The notes under the pieces: generated by a model | What the model saw: the letters and a program-made list of their open reading frames with translations, nothing else | What the model was told of the DNA's origin: nothing | Database searches by the model: none | Made by a program: the position numbers and the translations under genes | In this document: piece by piece, positions 1 to 9,559 of the stretch | Layout of the letters: the number at the start of each line of letters is the position of its first letter | Position numbering within the stretch: position 1 is the stretch's first letter | DNA from: Candidatus Kapaibacterium sp. | GTDB taxonomy: Bacteria; Bacteroidota; Ignavibacteria; Kapaibacteriales; UBA2268 | Direction: 5' to 3' | Length of the DNA stretch: 64,000 bases | Assembly (NCBI GenBank): GCA_963665665.1 | Contig: OY762428.1 | Location: 2,560,001 to 2,624,000 of the forward strand

Positions 1-1220
1 AAAATCATCCATCAGCGAGGGAATTGTTCGGGATGGCACAATTGACTGATGGAAAAATTCTTTTATTTGGTGGAAATAATATTACCCAACATGAATTGAA
101 CAATGACACATGGATATTTGATCTTGCTACAAAACAATGGACTATAATCAATACTATTCATAAACCTGCTGAACGATTTCGCCATGGAATGGCAAATATA
201 ACAGATGGAAAAGTACTGTTATTCGGTGGCCAGGTGCTTTCCGGAAATACACATGTTGAAGTAAATGATACCTGGATATTTGATATAGAGACAATGGATT
301 GGGAAGAACTGATACCGGTGGATAGTGCATACCCGAGAGAACGTTTCAATATTTCTAAATTAACTGATAACAGAGTTCTAATTTTTGGTGGAAACGTAGA
401 TCTTCCCGGAGATGATTTTTGGGTACATGCTTCAGATACATGGTACTTTGATTTGCAAAAGAATAGATGGAAAAGAGTTGGCTACCCCTCAGGATTTTTC
501 ATTGATGGCCGTGAGGCCGGCCAGATGGCATATCTGGATAATGGAAGAGTCCTGATGACCGGAGGATGGCATTATAAATATTTAGATGATAATTACATAT
601 TTGATTATCTTGATATTGATATACTCGACTATTCTCTTGATACTATAAACCCAAAATCAAACATTCCTAAGGTAGTTGGCTCATCAATGGCTAATTTATG
701 CGAAGGCAGTATCCTTCTTTACGGAGGCAATACCGGTACCTGGCAATTTATTGATACCTGGATATTCAGCATAAAAGATACATCATGGAAAGAACTCAAA
801 TTAACTTCACCACCCGAAAGATCAGCTCATACAATATCAAAGATCAGCGATAATAAAGTTATATTGTTCGGGGGCAATGGCTATGATTATGAAGGAGAAT
901 ACAACTTCAATTATTCAGATACATGGCTTTTTGAATATGAACCGAATGATGTTGAAGAAAATGAAAATAGTAAAACTGCAGGAATAATTCAAAACGGGGA
1001 TAGAGCAAAAATTTCTATTCCTTCTGATAATTCAATACACAATCCGAAATTAAAGATTGTGGATATATGCGGCAGGGAGATATTTATTGATTATTCATTC
1101 TCAAATTCCGCAGATTCTTCCCGTATTGAGTTTAGTACTACCAACCTTGCTGCGGGCGTGTATTTTGCCACGGTGAAGGCAGGCGCGGAGGTTTGGAATT
1201 TTAAGTTTTTCGCGGAGTAG
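1..1220 (+). CDS. Kelch-repeat beta-propeller protein with probable T9SS C-terminal domain (5'-truncated by window edge)
   Basis: Repeated 'LLFGG...NDTWIFD...W' Kelch blades. C-terminus 'LAAGVYFATVK...FKFFAE' is CTD-like. The frame is open back to position 3 (NHPSAREL...), so the start lies upstream. Confidence 0.85.
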   Translation, partial: NHPSARELFGMAQLTDGKILLFGGNNITQHELNNDTWIFDLATKQWTIINTIHKPAERFRHGMANITDGKVLLFGGQVLSGNTHVEVNDTWIFDIETMDWEELIPVDSAYPRERFNISKLTDNRVLIFGGNVDLPGDDFWVHASDTWYFDLQKNRWKRVGYPSGFFIDGREAGQMAYLDNGRVLMTGGWHYKYLDDNYIFDYLDIDILDYSLDTINPKSNIPKVVGSSMANLCEGSILLYGGNTGTWQFIDTWIFSIKDTSWKELKLTSPPERSAHTISKISDNKVILFGGNGYDYEGEYNFNYSDTWLFEYEPNDVEENENSKTAGIIQNGDRAKISIPSDNSIHNPKLKIVDICGREIFIDYSFSNSADSSRIEFSTTNLAAGVYFATVKAGAEVWNFKFFAE

Positions 1221-1669
1221 GATTATCAGATGGCAATGCCTCTTAATTCGAAAAGCATTTTTACACCACCCCTGCTTGCCCCGATTTATCGGAGATGTAT
1301 CGGGGCCATTCGGGCCCCCTACGCCGGAGTGGAATCTCCTTAATTTATAATTATCATGATGTTAATTCCCCTCAATTGTAGAGTATTAAAGGGGTGGTTG
1401 GTCGGATATATTGATAAAATGCTTGTTTTGCTGTAAAAATAAGAGCCTCATCAAAACCTGGAAATATCATTTTTCTTCATGGCGAATTAGAAAAATGCAG
1501 TTATTCTAACTTCCCAAGCAGGGGCTTGGGAAGAAGAAAAAGTTTTTAAGGAAATAACCCTCCAAAGTTATGTCATACCAGATAAAATCTTGGAAAACAG
1601 CTGCTGTTTTTTTAAATTAAGATAATATTTGATTTGATACGTTTTTGATTAAAACCTTGTGAGGCAGAA

Positions 1670-2563
1670 ATGTATAATTTTAAAGAAAAATATATAAACC
1701 CATTTACCGATTACGGCTTTAAAAAGCTTTTCGGAGAGGAACCAAATAAAGACCTGCTACTGGATTTCCTGAATGAGCTGTTGCGAGAAGAACAAGGCGA
1801 GATAAAAGACCTGACCTATCTGAAAAATGAAAACCTGGGCGCTGCCGAGGCAGACCGAAGAGCTATTTTCGATCTGTACTGTGAAAATGAGAAGGGTGAA
1901 AAATTCATTGTCGAGCTGCAGAAAACCAAGCAGAACTTCTTCAAGGACAGGACGGTTTATTATTCAACTTTTCCTATCAGAGACCAGGCACAGCGCGGTG
2001 ACTGGAATTACGAGCTAAACCCCGTTTATACAATCGCTGTTCTGGATTTCATTTTCGACGATGACAAAAAAGAACCTGAAAAATTTCGATACAACGTGAA
2101 ATTAAGCGATTTGGACAGCCACGAAGTATTCTATGATAAGTGGACATTTATATACCTTGAAATGCCAAAGTTCAACAAAACCATAGATGAGCTTGAAACC
2201 CGGTTTGACAAATGGCTGTATGTACTCAGGAACCTGAACAGGCTGGATCGTGTTCCGGATAAACTTCGTGAAAGAATATTCGAGAAACTTTTCGAAACTG
2301 CGGAGATTGCGAAATTTACCCCCCAACAGGTAATGAATTACGAGGACAGCCTGAAATACTACAGAGACCTGAAAAATTCTATAGACACCGCCCGCGATGA
2401 AGGCAAAGAAGAAGGGTATGAAGAAGGCATCGAGAAAGGAATAGAAAAAGGAAAAATTTTAGTAGCCAGAAACTTATTAAAAAATGGAATTGCAATAGAT
2501 ATAATAGTAAAAGCTACCGGGTTGACAAAGGACGATATTAACAGTTTGAAATCACTGGTATGA
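1670..2563 (+). CDS. Rpn-family recombination-promoting nuclease / PD-(D/E)XK putative transposase, copy 1
   Basis: 'INPFTDYGFKKLFG', 'FDLYC...FIVELQK' nuclease core, and EG-rich tail 'EGKEEGYEEGIEKG...VARNLLKNG...IVKATGL'. Confidence 0.9.
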   Translation: MYNFKEKYINPFTDYGFKKLFGEEPNKDLLLDFLNELLREEQGEIKDLTYLKNENLGAAEADRRAIFDLYCENEKGEKFIVELQKTKQNFFKDRTVYYSTFPIRDQAQRGDWNYELNPVYTIAVLDFIFDDDKKEPEKFRYNVKLSDLDSHEVFYDKWTFIYLEMPKFNKTIDELETRFDKWLYVLRNLNRLDRVPDKLRERIFEKLFETAEIAKFTPQQVMNYEDSLKYYRDLKNSIDTARDEGKEEGYEEGIEKGIEKGKILVARNLLKNGIAIDIIVKATGLTKDDINSLKSLV

Positions 2564-2745
2564 ATCCCAAAGTAAACTTTGGAAACTGATTCCGCAGCAA
2601 GCTGCGGGGTATTTTTTCCCTCCGACTTCGTCGGGATTGTTCGACTATCAAATTTCTTTCTCTTCGTTCATGAAATTTGAGTCTCACGAATAAATTCCCC
2701 CCCCCACCGTACCCGATTTATCGGGGAAAGACAAATAGCAAAAAT

Positions 2746-2860
2746 CCCCCTCATTCCGGACTTGTACTACGTAATGTAGCTTTTCTGAGAAGCTGTGCTT
2801 CATAATTCCAAAGTATAACTTTGCATGAAATTGACCTTCCCAAGTACAACCTGGGAAGGA
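2746..2860. repeat. REP/MITE-like multi-hairpin interspersed repeat (family A), diverged copy
   Basis: ccctcattccggacttgtactacgtaat...gaagctgtgcttc...aaagtataacttt...ccttcccaag...tgggaaggag matches the copies at 25675, 29455, 30804 and 31649. Confidence 0.7.
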
Positions 2861-2965
2861 GAAAAAATAATTAAAAGATAAAATCTTGGAAAACAACTGC
2901 TGTTTTTTTAAATTAAGATAATATTTGATTTGATACGTTTTTGATTAAAACCTTGTGAGGCAGAA

Positions 2966-3886
2966 ATGTATAATTTTAAAGAAAAATATATAAACCCCTT
3001 TACCGATTACGGTTTCAAAAAGCTTTTCGGAGAGGAACCAAATAAAGACCTGCTAATGGATTTCCTGAATGAACTGTTGAGGGAAGAACAGGGCGAGATC
3101 AAAGACCTGACCTATTTGAAAAATGAAAACCTCGGTGCTGCCGAAGCAGACCGAAGGGCTATTTTCGATCTTTATTGTGAAAATGAGAAGGGTGAAAAAT
3201 TCATCGTCGAGCTGCAAAAAACCAAGCAGAACTTCTTCAAAGACAGAACGGTTTATTATTCTACATTTCCTATCAGAGACCAGGCACAGCGCGGTGACTG
3301 GAATTACGAGCTAAACCCCGTTTATACAATCGCTGTTCTGGATTTCATTTTCGACGATGACAAAAAAGAACCTGAAAAATTCCGATACAACGTGAAATTA
3401 AGCGATTTGGACAGCCACGAGGTATTCTATGATAAGTGGACGTTTATCTATCTTGAAATGCCAAAGTTCAACAAAACAATAGACGAGCTTGAAACCCGGT
3501 TTGATAAATGGCTTTATGTACTCAGGAATCTGAACAGGCTGGATCGTGTTCCGGATAAACTTCGTGAAAGAATATTCGAAAAACTTTTCGAAACTGCCGA
3601 GATTGCGAAATTCACTCCCCAACAGGTAATGAATTACGAGGACAGCCTGAAATACTACAGAGACCTGAAAAATTCTATTGACACCGCCCGCGATGAAGGC
3701 AAAGAAGAAGGGTATGAACAAGGCGTCGAGAAAGGTAAACTTGAAGGTATAATTGAAGGAGAAAAGTCGGGAATTGAAAAAGGAAAAATTTTAGTAGCCA
3801 GAAACTTATTAAAAAATGGAATTGCAATAGATATAATAGTAAAAGCTACCGGGTTGACAAAGGACGATATTAACAGTTTGAAATAA
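2966..3886 (+). CDS. Rpn-family nuclease, copy 2 (tandem paralog)
   Basis: Near-identical protein to 1670..2563 with a longer EG-repeat tail. Shares about 90 bp of upstream sequence (1581-1669 vs 2877-2965). Confidence 0.9.
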   Translation: MYNFKEKYINPFTDYGFKKLFGEEPNKDLLMDFLNELLREEQGEIKDLTYLKNENLGAAEADRRAIFDLYCENEKGEKFIVELQKTKQNFFKDRTVYYSTFPIRDQAQRGDWNYELNPVYTIAVLDFIFDDDKKEPEKFRYNVKLSDLDSHEVFYDKWTFIYLEMPKFNKTIDELETRFDKWLYVLRNLNRLDRVPDKLRERIFEKLFETAEIAKFTPQQVMNYEDSLKYYRDLKNSIDTARDEGKEEGYEQGVEKGKLEGIIEGEKSGIEKGKILVARNLLKNGIAIDIIVKATGLTKDDINSLK

Positions 3887-3976
3887 ATATCTATTCGGAT
3901 TTACTTTGATTTAACAGTTCAATATTTTTTGCTGAACCAAACTTAAATGAAATAATAATCAACTAAGACAAACTTT

Positions 3977-4246
3977 ATGGCAGAATTAATATTTGAATTT
4001 GTTGCATATATCTTCATTGATATACTGGTAGAATTTATTAAAGCGACAGTATATTATACCGGGAAGGCATTATTCATATTATTCCACCTGAACAAATTGT
4101 CGCAGATAGAAAAACCATTCTTCTGGAAGAAAGGAGTAGTTGACGAAGGGGATTACGATGTTAGCAAATCAAGGATTTACTTATATGGTATTTTAACATA
4201 TATGATTATTATTGTTTCAGTTATTTACTTTGTATTTTTCACATAG
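3977..4246 (+). CDS. small hypothetical membrane protein
   Basis: 89 aa ORF with hydrophobic N- and C-terminal stretches. Confidence 0.6.
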   Translation: MAELIFEFVAYIFIDILVEFIKATVYYTGKALFILFHLNKLSQIEKPFFWKKGVVDEGDYDVSKSRIYLYGILTYMIIIVSVIYFVFFT

Positions 4247-4299
4247 CAAGCACTATTAATCAATTTTTGTATGCCTGCCCGATATATATAATGAACTTA

Positions 4300-5184
4300 T
4301 CAAACTACAGCATCAATAATATATCCTGTCATTATCAGAAGGGAATGAATTATCAGCAGCTTGCCGGTTCCGGCCAGCAATTTATTCATTGCCGGACCCG
4401 ATGATTTTAAGACATCTCTCGTGATCTTAACAGACAATGGGAAAGCAGCGAGGCTGATAAGCATCCAGAAATTCCCCGCGAGAAATGCTATTACAACAGG
4501 AACGGCGAAAGCGGCAATATTCAGCGCCAGGTATAGGCGGTTGGCATTTTTCCTGCCAAGACGGACAGCAAGTGTTATTTTCCCGGCTTTTACATCCGTT
4601 TCAATATCCCGCATATTGTTTACCCCGAGAATATTCATCGACAGGAACCCCGGCGCAAGGCTAATAAGAAATATTTCCAAGGGCAATGTCTGCGCCTGAA
4701 TATAATACGTTCCGCAAACGGCTGTAATCCCGAAAAATATCAGTACGAAGATATCGCTGATGCCGAGATATGCCAAAGGATAGGGCCCGCCGGTATAAAG
4801 CCAGGCGAACAGAAATGAGAATAATCCGATTGCAAGGATCGGCCAGCCACCCTCGAATACAAGAAGCAGGCCCAGTACAAATGTTATCATTATCAGCACT
4901 ATGGTAACATTGCGCATTTCCCGCGGGTTGATTATTCCCTCGGCAACTGCGCGGCGCGGCCCGACTCTTTCCTCAGTGTCAGCGCCTTTTTTGGCATCAT
5001 ATATTTCGTTAATAAAATTTGTGATTATCTGAATCAGCAGAGAGCAAATCAAAGCAAGTGCGCACACCCAAAAGGAAAATACCCCGTCGTGAAATGCTGC
5101 CGCCCCGGCTATACCAACAGGAGTAGCCCCTGCCGGCAGGGTTTTAGGCCTGGTGGCCTCTATCCAGTATTTTATTTCTGCCAT
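4300..5184 (-). CDS. menA: 1,4-dihydroxy-2-naphthoate octaprenyltransferase
   Basis: 'WIEATRPKTL', 'NFINEIYDAKKGAD', 'YTGGPYPLAYLG', 'VNNMRDIETD...GKITLAVRLG'. Start placed at the ATG of MAEIKYW. Confidence 0.92.
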   Translation of the reverse strand: MAEIKYWIEATRPKTLPAGATPVGIAGAAAFHDGVFSFWVCALALICSLLIQIITNFINEIYDAKKGADTEERVGPRRAVAEGIINPREMRNVTIVLIMITFVLGLLLVFEGGWPILAIGLFSFLFAWLYTGGPYPLAYLGISDIFVLIFFGITAVCGTYYIQAQTLPLEIFLISLAPGFLSMNILGVNNMRDIETDVKAGKITLAVRLGRKNANRLYLALNIAAFAVPVVIAFLAGNFWMLISLAAFPLSVKITRDVLKSSGPAMNKLLAGTGKLLIIHSLLIMTGYIIDAVV

Positions 5185-5430
5185 AGTACCTGTAATTATC
5201 ATTTACAACATATCATCAGCGTCCGATTGACGCCGGAAATCACAGGCAAAATACGAAAATATCACATCAGCCCAGGAATAATTTTATCAACTTATGATAC
5301 ATTACTGTTGTAAGAGTTTTCATTATATGGTGTCAATTAAATATAGATTTGTTTCTTCTGGAAAGTAATTATGCAGTAATAGATTGGAAATATATACAGC
5401 AGTTTTATGGTTTAATAATTACCCGAAATT

Positions 5431-6282
5431 CTATTTCAGGTTGAAATCAACTGTATAAATATAAGGCCAGTTCTTCCCGGTTACATAATAGGTTTTTGTA
5501 TCCTTGTCGTAAGCAATACCGTTCAGCACGTCGAGGTTTTGATACCCTGCCACAGTATTTTTCAGGGGGGATAAATCAATGAATCCCAATACATAACCCG
5601 ATTCAGGATCAATTCTTGCTATCTGGTCGGAACCATACAGGTTGGCATGTATCTCGCCGTTTATATATTCAAGTTCGTTTATATAATTCAAGGGTGAGCC
5701 ATTAAAAAAGACCCTGACCCTTTTTACTTCCCTGAAGGTTTGCGGGTCCAGGTATTTAAGAACGTTTGAACCATCGGAAATAATAAGGTATTTGCCCTCT
5801 GTTGTTATTCCCCATCCCTCGCCGGAATAGGTAAATTCACCGCTTTTTTCCAGTGTATTCAGGTCAAAAATAAAGCCGAGCCTGGCAATCCATGTTAGCA
5901 TATATATCTTTCCGTTCAGCAGGACAATTCCCTCGGAAAAATATTTATCTTCGATTTTAACTTTTTTTTCTATTTCACCGGTTTTTGGATTAATTCTTCT
6001 TAAAGTAGATTCGCCGTATTGCCCGGTACTCTCGTACAAGCGCCCGTCGTGAAAGATCAGGCCCTGAGTATAGGCATTGTTATCATGATCAATCATTGAC
6101 GAAATTTTAATGCTCAGGTTGCCCGCAGGAAAACTCTGATCGGCGGGATTTTCATTTTTTATTTCGGCAGTTTTCGCGGCTGCGGGCTTGGTTTTTACTT
6201 CCGGTAAAGGCTCCTGTTGCTTGCTGCTGTTGCATGATGTAACCAACAGCAATTGCAATATTATGAACAGAATAAATTTCAT
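5431..6282 (-). CDS. glutaminyl-peptide cyclotransferase (type I, beta-propeller), lipoprotein
   Basis: Lipobox LVTS-C; 'YTQGL', 'ESTGQYG', 'FSEGI', 'GEGWG', 'INELEY', 'VLNGIAYD', 'TGKNW'. Confidence 0.88.
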   Translation of the reverse strand: MKFILFIILQLLLVTSCNSSKQQEPLPEVKTKPAAAKTAEIKNENPADQSFPAGNLSIKISSMIDHDNNAYTQGLIFHDGRLYESTGQYGESTLRRINPKTGEIEKKVKIEDKYFSEGIVLLNGKIYMLTWIARLGFIFDLNTLEKSGEFTYSGEGWGITTEGKYLIISDGSNVLKYLDPQTFREVKRVRVFFNGSPLNYINELEYINGEIHANLYGSDQIARIDPESGYVLGFIDLSPLKNTVAGYQNLDVLNGIAYDKDTKTYYVTGKNWPYIYTVDFNLK

Positions 6283-6283
6283 T

Positions 6284-6748
6284 TCAGCTTTTGTTTATTT
6301 TTTCTATAATGGAACTTGTTGATTTTCCTTCAACAAATTCAATAACTACTACTTTGCCTCCGCCGTCGCGGACAATATCTGCTCCGACAATATCATCGGG
6401 ATCATAGTCGCCGCCCTTTACCAGGATGTCCGGTTTCAGATAATTTATCAGGTTAAACGGGGTTTCCTCGTCAAATATTAGCACGAAATCAATAGAACGC
6501 AGCCCGGAAAGAACAGCCGCACGATCTTTCTCTCCGTTCACCGGACGGGACGGCCCTTTAAGTATCTTTACGGATTCGTCGCTATTCAGCCCCAGCACGA
6601 GTATGTCACCGAGGCGCCGGGCTTCTTCCAGGTATTTAACATGTCCTGCATGGATAATGTCAAAGCATCCGTTTGTAAAAACTATTTTCCTGCCGGATTT
6701 CCTGTATTCGTCGATTAGAGGTTTTATTGATTCTTTTGATACTAACAT
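6284..6748 (-). CDS. rfaE2: D-glycero-beta-D-manno-heptose 1-phosphate adenylyltransferase
   Basis: '[14 protein letters not shown]', 'GLNSDES', 'LVKGGDY', 'GKSTSSII'. Confidence 0.93.
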   Translation of the reverse strand: MLVSKESIKPLIDEYRKSGRKIVFTNGCFDIIHAGHVKYLEEARRLGDILVLGLNSDESVKILKGPSRPVNGEKDRAAVLSGLRSIDFVLIFDEETPFNLINYLKPDILVKGGDYDPDDIVGADIVRDGGGKVVVIEFVEGKSTSSIIEKINKS

Positions 6749-6752
6749 GCCC

Positions 6753-7745
6753 TTATTTCGAGTTTAGTTCCACAGCCCTGATTAGTTTTTTCGGTTCAAT
6801 AGGTACAATGCCGGGCATTTCGCATACCACGCCGGAAGCGTAATTTGCAAGTGTTGCCGATTCCCTGATATTCGCACCAGAACAATATGCAGCCGAGAGA
6901 GTTGCTATTGCAGTATCGCCTGCACCGGAAACATCTGCCACGTGCCTTGCCCTGGTGGGTACGGAGTTAATAGCGCCGTTCTTCTCGAATAGCATCATCC
7001 CGTCTTTTCCGAGCGTAAGCAGTACATTCTCGCATTCCAGCCTTTCAAGCAAAGTTTTGCCTGCCATAATGATATCTTCATCTGTATTAAGTTCCATCCC
7101 GAGAGCCTGTGCCGCTTCTTTTTTATTAGGCTTAAAAACGGTAATGCCCTTGTAATCAAAAAAGAAATTGAACTTCGGATCGACAAGTATGGCAATATTA
7201 TTATTCAGGGAATATTCTATTACACTTTTTATCAGGTTTTCTGAAATGCAGCCTTTATTATAATCTTCAAAGATCACTGTTGAAAGGCCTTCGGTGTTTT
7301 TAATTTTATCAAGAATAAAATTCTCTCCCTCGGTCGGGATCGGAAATCTTTTTTCCTTGTCAAGCCTGACAATCTGCTGGTTATTGCCAATAACGCGGGT
7401 TTTTACGGTTGTGGGCCTGTTTTTATCCCTGAACAGCCCGGAAGGGTCAATGCCGTTTCTATCGGAAATCTCGCTGAAAGCAACGCCTCCCTTATCATCG
7501 CCGATTATTCCGCAAAGAAGCGGGCTCAGGCCGAGCGCTTTCAGGTTATTTGCAACATTGGCGGCCCCGCCAAGATGATATGTTTCTTTCTCAAGGTCAA
7601 CCACCGGAACCGGGGATTCAGGAGAAATCCTGGAAACCGAGCCCCAGAAATATTTATCCAGCATAACATCGCCGATAACGGCAATTTTTTTTCCCTCGCA
7701 GTTTTTTAATATTTGTTCTGTTCTGATAGAATTTAAACTGTGCAT
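6753..7745 (-). CDS. rfaE1: D-glycero-beta-D-manno-heptose-7-phosphate kinase (PfkB family)
   Basis: '[20 protein letters not shown]', 'GGAANVA', 'DVSGAGDT'; adjacent to rfaE2. Confidence 0.92.
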   Translation of the reverse strand: MHSLNSIRTEQILKNCEGKKIAVIGDVMLDKYFWGSVSRISPESPVPVVDLEKETYHLGGAANVANNLKALGLSPLLCGIIGDDKGGVAFSEISDRNGIDPSGLFRDKNRPTTVKTRVIGNNQQIVRLDKEKRFPIPTEGENFILDKIKNTEGLSTVIFEDYNKGCISENLIKSVIEYSLNNNIAILVDPKFNFFFDYKGITVFKPNKKEAAQALGMELNTDEDIIMAGKTLLERLECENVLLTLGKDGMMLFEKNGAINSVPTRARHVADVSGAGDTAIATLSAAYCSGANIRESATLANYASGVVCEMPGIVPIEPKKLIRAVELNSK

Positions 7746-8081
7746 CTATTTTTCCTGATAATATTTTATTCTATTACAAATTCAGTTCATAACATATATA
7801 TTATGCTAAGTTCAAAAATAATAATATTTCAAAAATAACAAAAAAAGCCCTCTTTCAGGCAGTTACTAATCAGTATAAAAGAAAAAAATATGAAATGAAT
7901 TCAAAAATACTAAGAAATGTCGTTCCCTTATAAATCGGAGCCGGCTGAACAAAGTGAAGAATCTATAATTATAATCAAATTACCGGTTCCGCCAGTAGGG
8001 ACAATAGAAAAGCACGCCTGTAAAAAATTTACTGACGCGCTGAAATTTTTGTCCCGGGAGCTTATCGATGGATTCCGGGTA

Positions 8082-8261
8082 TTACTTGATTTCTTTATGA
8101 ATAGTGTGCCTGCGAAGGAAAGGATTATATTTTTTAACTTCCAGACGCTCAGGCGTATTATTTTTGTTCTTAGTAGTTGTATACCTTGACGCCGGTTTTC
8201 CTTCTTTCCTTGCCTCTGTGCATTCCAGAGTGATCATATGTCTGGCTTCTTTTTTTGCCAT
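8082..8261 (-). CDS. rpmG: 50S ribosomal protein L33 (59 aa, below the ORF-track cutoff)
   Basis: Manual translation: [59 protein letters not shown]; AGGAG upstream on the minus strand. Confidence 0.95.
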   Translation of the reverse strand: MAKKEARHMITLECTEARKEGKPASRYTTTKNKNNTPERLEVKKYNPFLRRHTIHKEIK

Positions 8262-8679
8262 TTTTCCAAACTCCTGTTTAGTAAATTTACAAGAACTACA
8301 AATTTAAAGCATTTATTTAAAAAATACAAGAGGAAAATAAATGGATGAGAAATATTGTTGAAGGTAATTTCAAAAAAATATTACATAATTAGGATATTTG
8401 TAATAAATCAGTAAATAGTTTATAACTCATTGTATTTATTATACAAAATAATTTTAAGTAAATCTTAAAATAATCAATTAGTAAACGAAATATATTATAA
8501 TATTTAGACGAGTGATTTTTTCAACTAATAATTTTGTTAATAATTCGACTTTATAGTATATTATAGATTCTTGAGAAAGGGTGGATTTATTCCTATTCGA
8601 AGAAATATTATGAAGTTTAGTTTTGGAATCATACTATATCAAATATTATACGATTTTCTGCGAGAAGAGGTAATTAAAA

Positions 8680-8916
8680 ATGAAAAATAAAAGGAATTCT
8701 GAAAAACAAAAAAATGGAAGAACAAAAATTAGTTCCTCCAACCATTCTTTTTTGACTGGAATGGTATCAATTTTTGATATTTCAGGAAGTTATTTTAAGA
8801 GAAAAACTTCATATTTGGGCTTCATTGATGATAAAAAGGCGCTTGAAAAAGATTGGAAAGTTGTCGGTACTGATTTGAAAAGTGCAATTATGGAAAAAAT
8901 TAATACATCACATTAA
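8680..8916 (+). CDS. small hypothetical protein, upstream partner of the DUF2335 gene
   Basis: GAGG RBS; 'SFLTGMVSIFD...D.KAL.KDWKVVG.DL..A' pattern; 8 bp from the next gene. Confidence 0.65.
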   Translation: MKNKRNSEKQKNGRTKISSSNHSFLTGMVSIFDISGSYFKRKTSYLGFIDDKKALEKDWKVVGTDLKSAIMEKINTSH

Positions 8917-8924
8917 TTTAATAA

Positions 8925-9422
8925 ATGGATGATGATAATCAAATATTGAATGAAGATAACAATCCGGAATCAGCAAATACTCATCATACTACTGATTATC
9001 AGAAACCACAGGCTGGTTCATCGGATGATAATAATCCTATAGAGGATTTGCTAATTCAGGCATACAGGCAAGAATCATTCACAGGTCCCTTACCTCACCC
9101 GAAAATTCTTGCTTTATATGAGGAAATTGTCCCCGGAAGCGCCGATAGAATTATATCAATGGCAGAAAACCAAGCTAATCACAGAACTAAATTTGAAAAC
9201 ACATCTCTTGCAATTGACGGTAAACTTGCTGAAAGGGGGCAAATCTTTGCTTTTATAATTGCAGTAATATGTATTATTTCGACAATTGCATTAGCTCTTT
9301 CCGGGCATGATACTGTTGCAGGAGTTTTAGGTGGTACAACAATTGTTGGTTTAGTCACAACTTTTCTTGGCGTCAGACACAAGAAAAATAAGGAGGCAGT
9401 AGAAAACAGCAAAGAAGAATAG
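8925..9422 (+). CDS. DUF2335-like membrane protein
   Basis: 'SFTGPLPHPKILALYEEIVPGSADRIISMAENQANHR' followed by two TM helices. Confidence 0.85.
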   Translation: MDDDNQILNEDNNPESANTHHTTDYQKPQAGSSDDNNPIEDLLIQAYRQESFTGPLPHPKILALYEEIVPGSADRIISMAENQANHRTKFENTSLAIDGKLAERGQIFAFIIAVICIISTIALALSGHDTVAGVLGGTTIVGLVTTFLGVRHKKNKEAVENSKEE

Positions 9423-9559
9423 AATTTTCCTCGATATTTTTATTAAATGAAATTCGGTTTCAGATCACATTTCCTATATAATCCCTCCACAATCCCATAT
9501 ATTATTATCAGCTTTGCCTCGTCTTGAAATTATTTGAAACAACTAACAAAAATAAATTT

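Noticed and set aside
2697-2705. C9 tract as a phase-variation site
   Set aside because: Lies in intergenic REP-like DNA, not in a coding region or an evident promoter spacer.
7917-8307. Plus-strand ORFs 7917..8189 and 8104..8307
   Set aside because: Antisense shadows of rpmG (8082..8261, minus).
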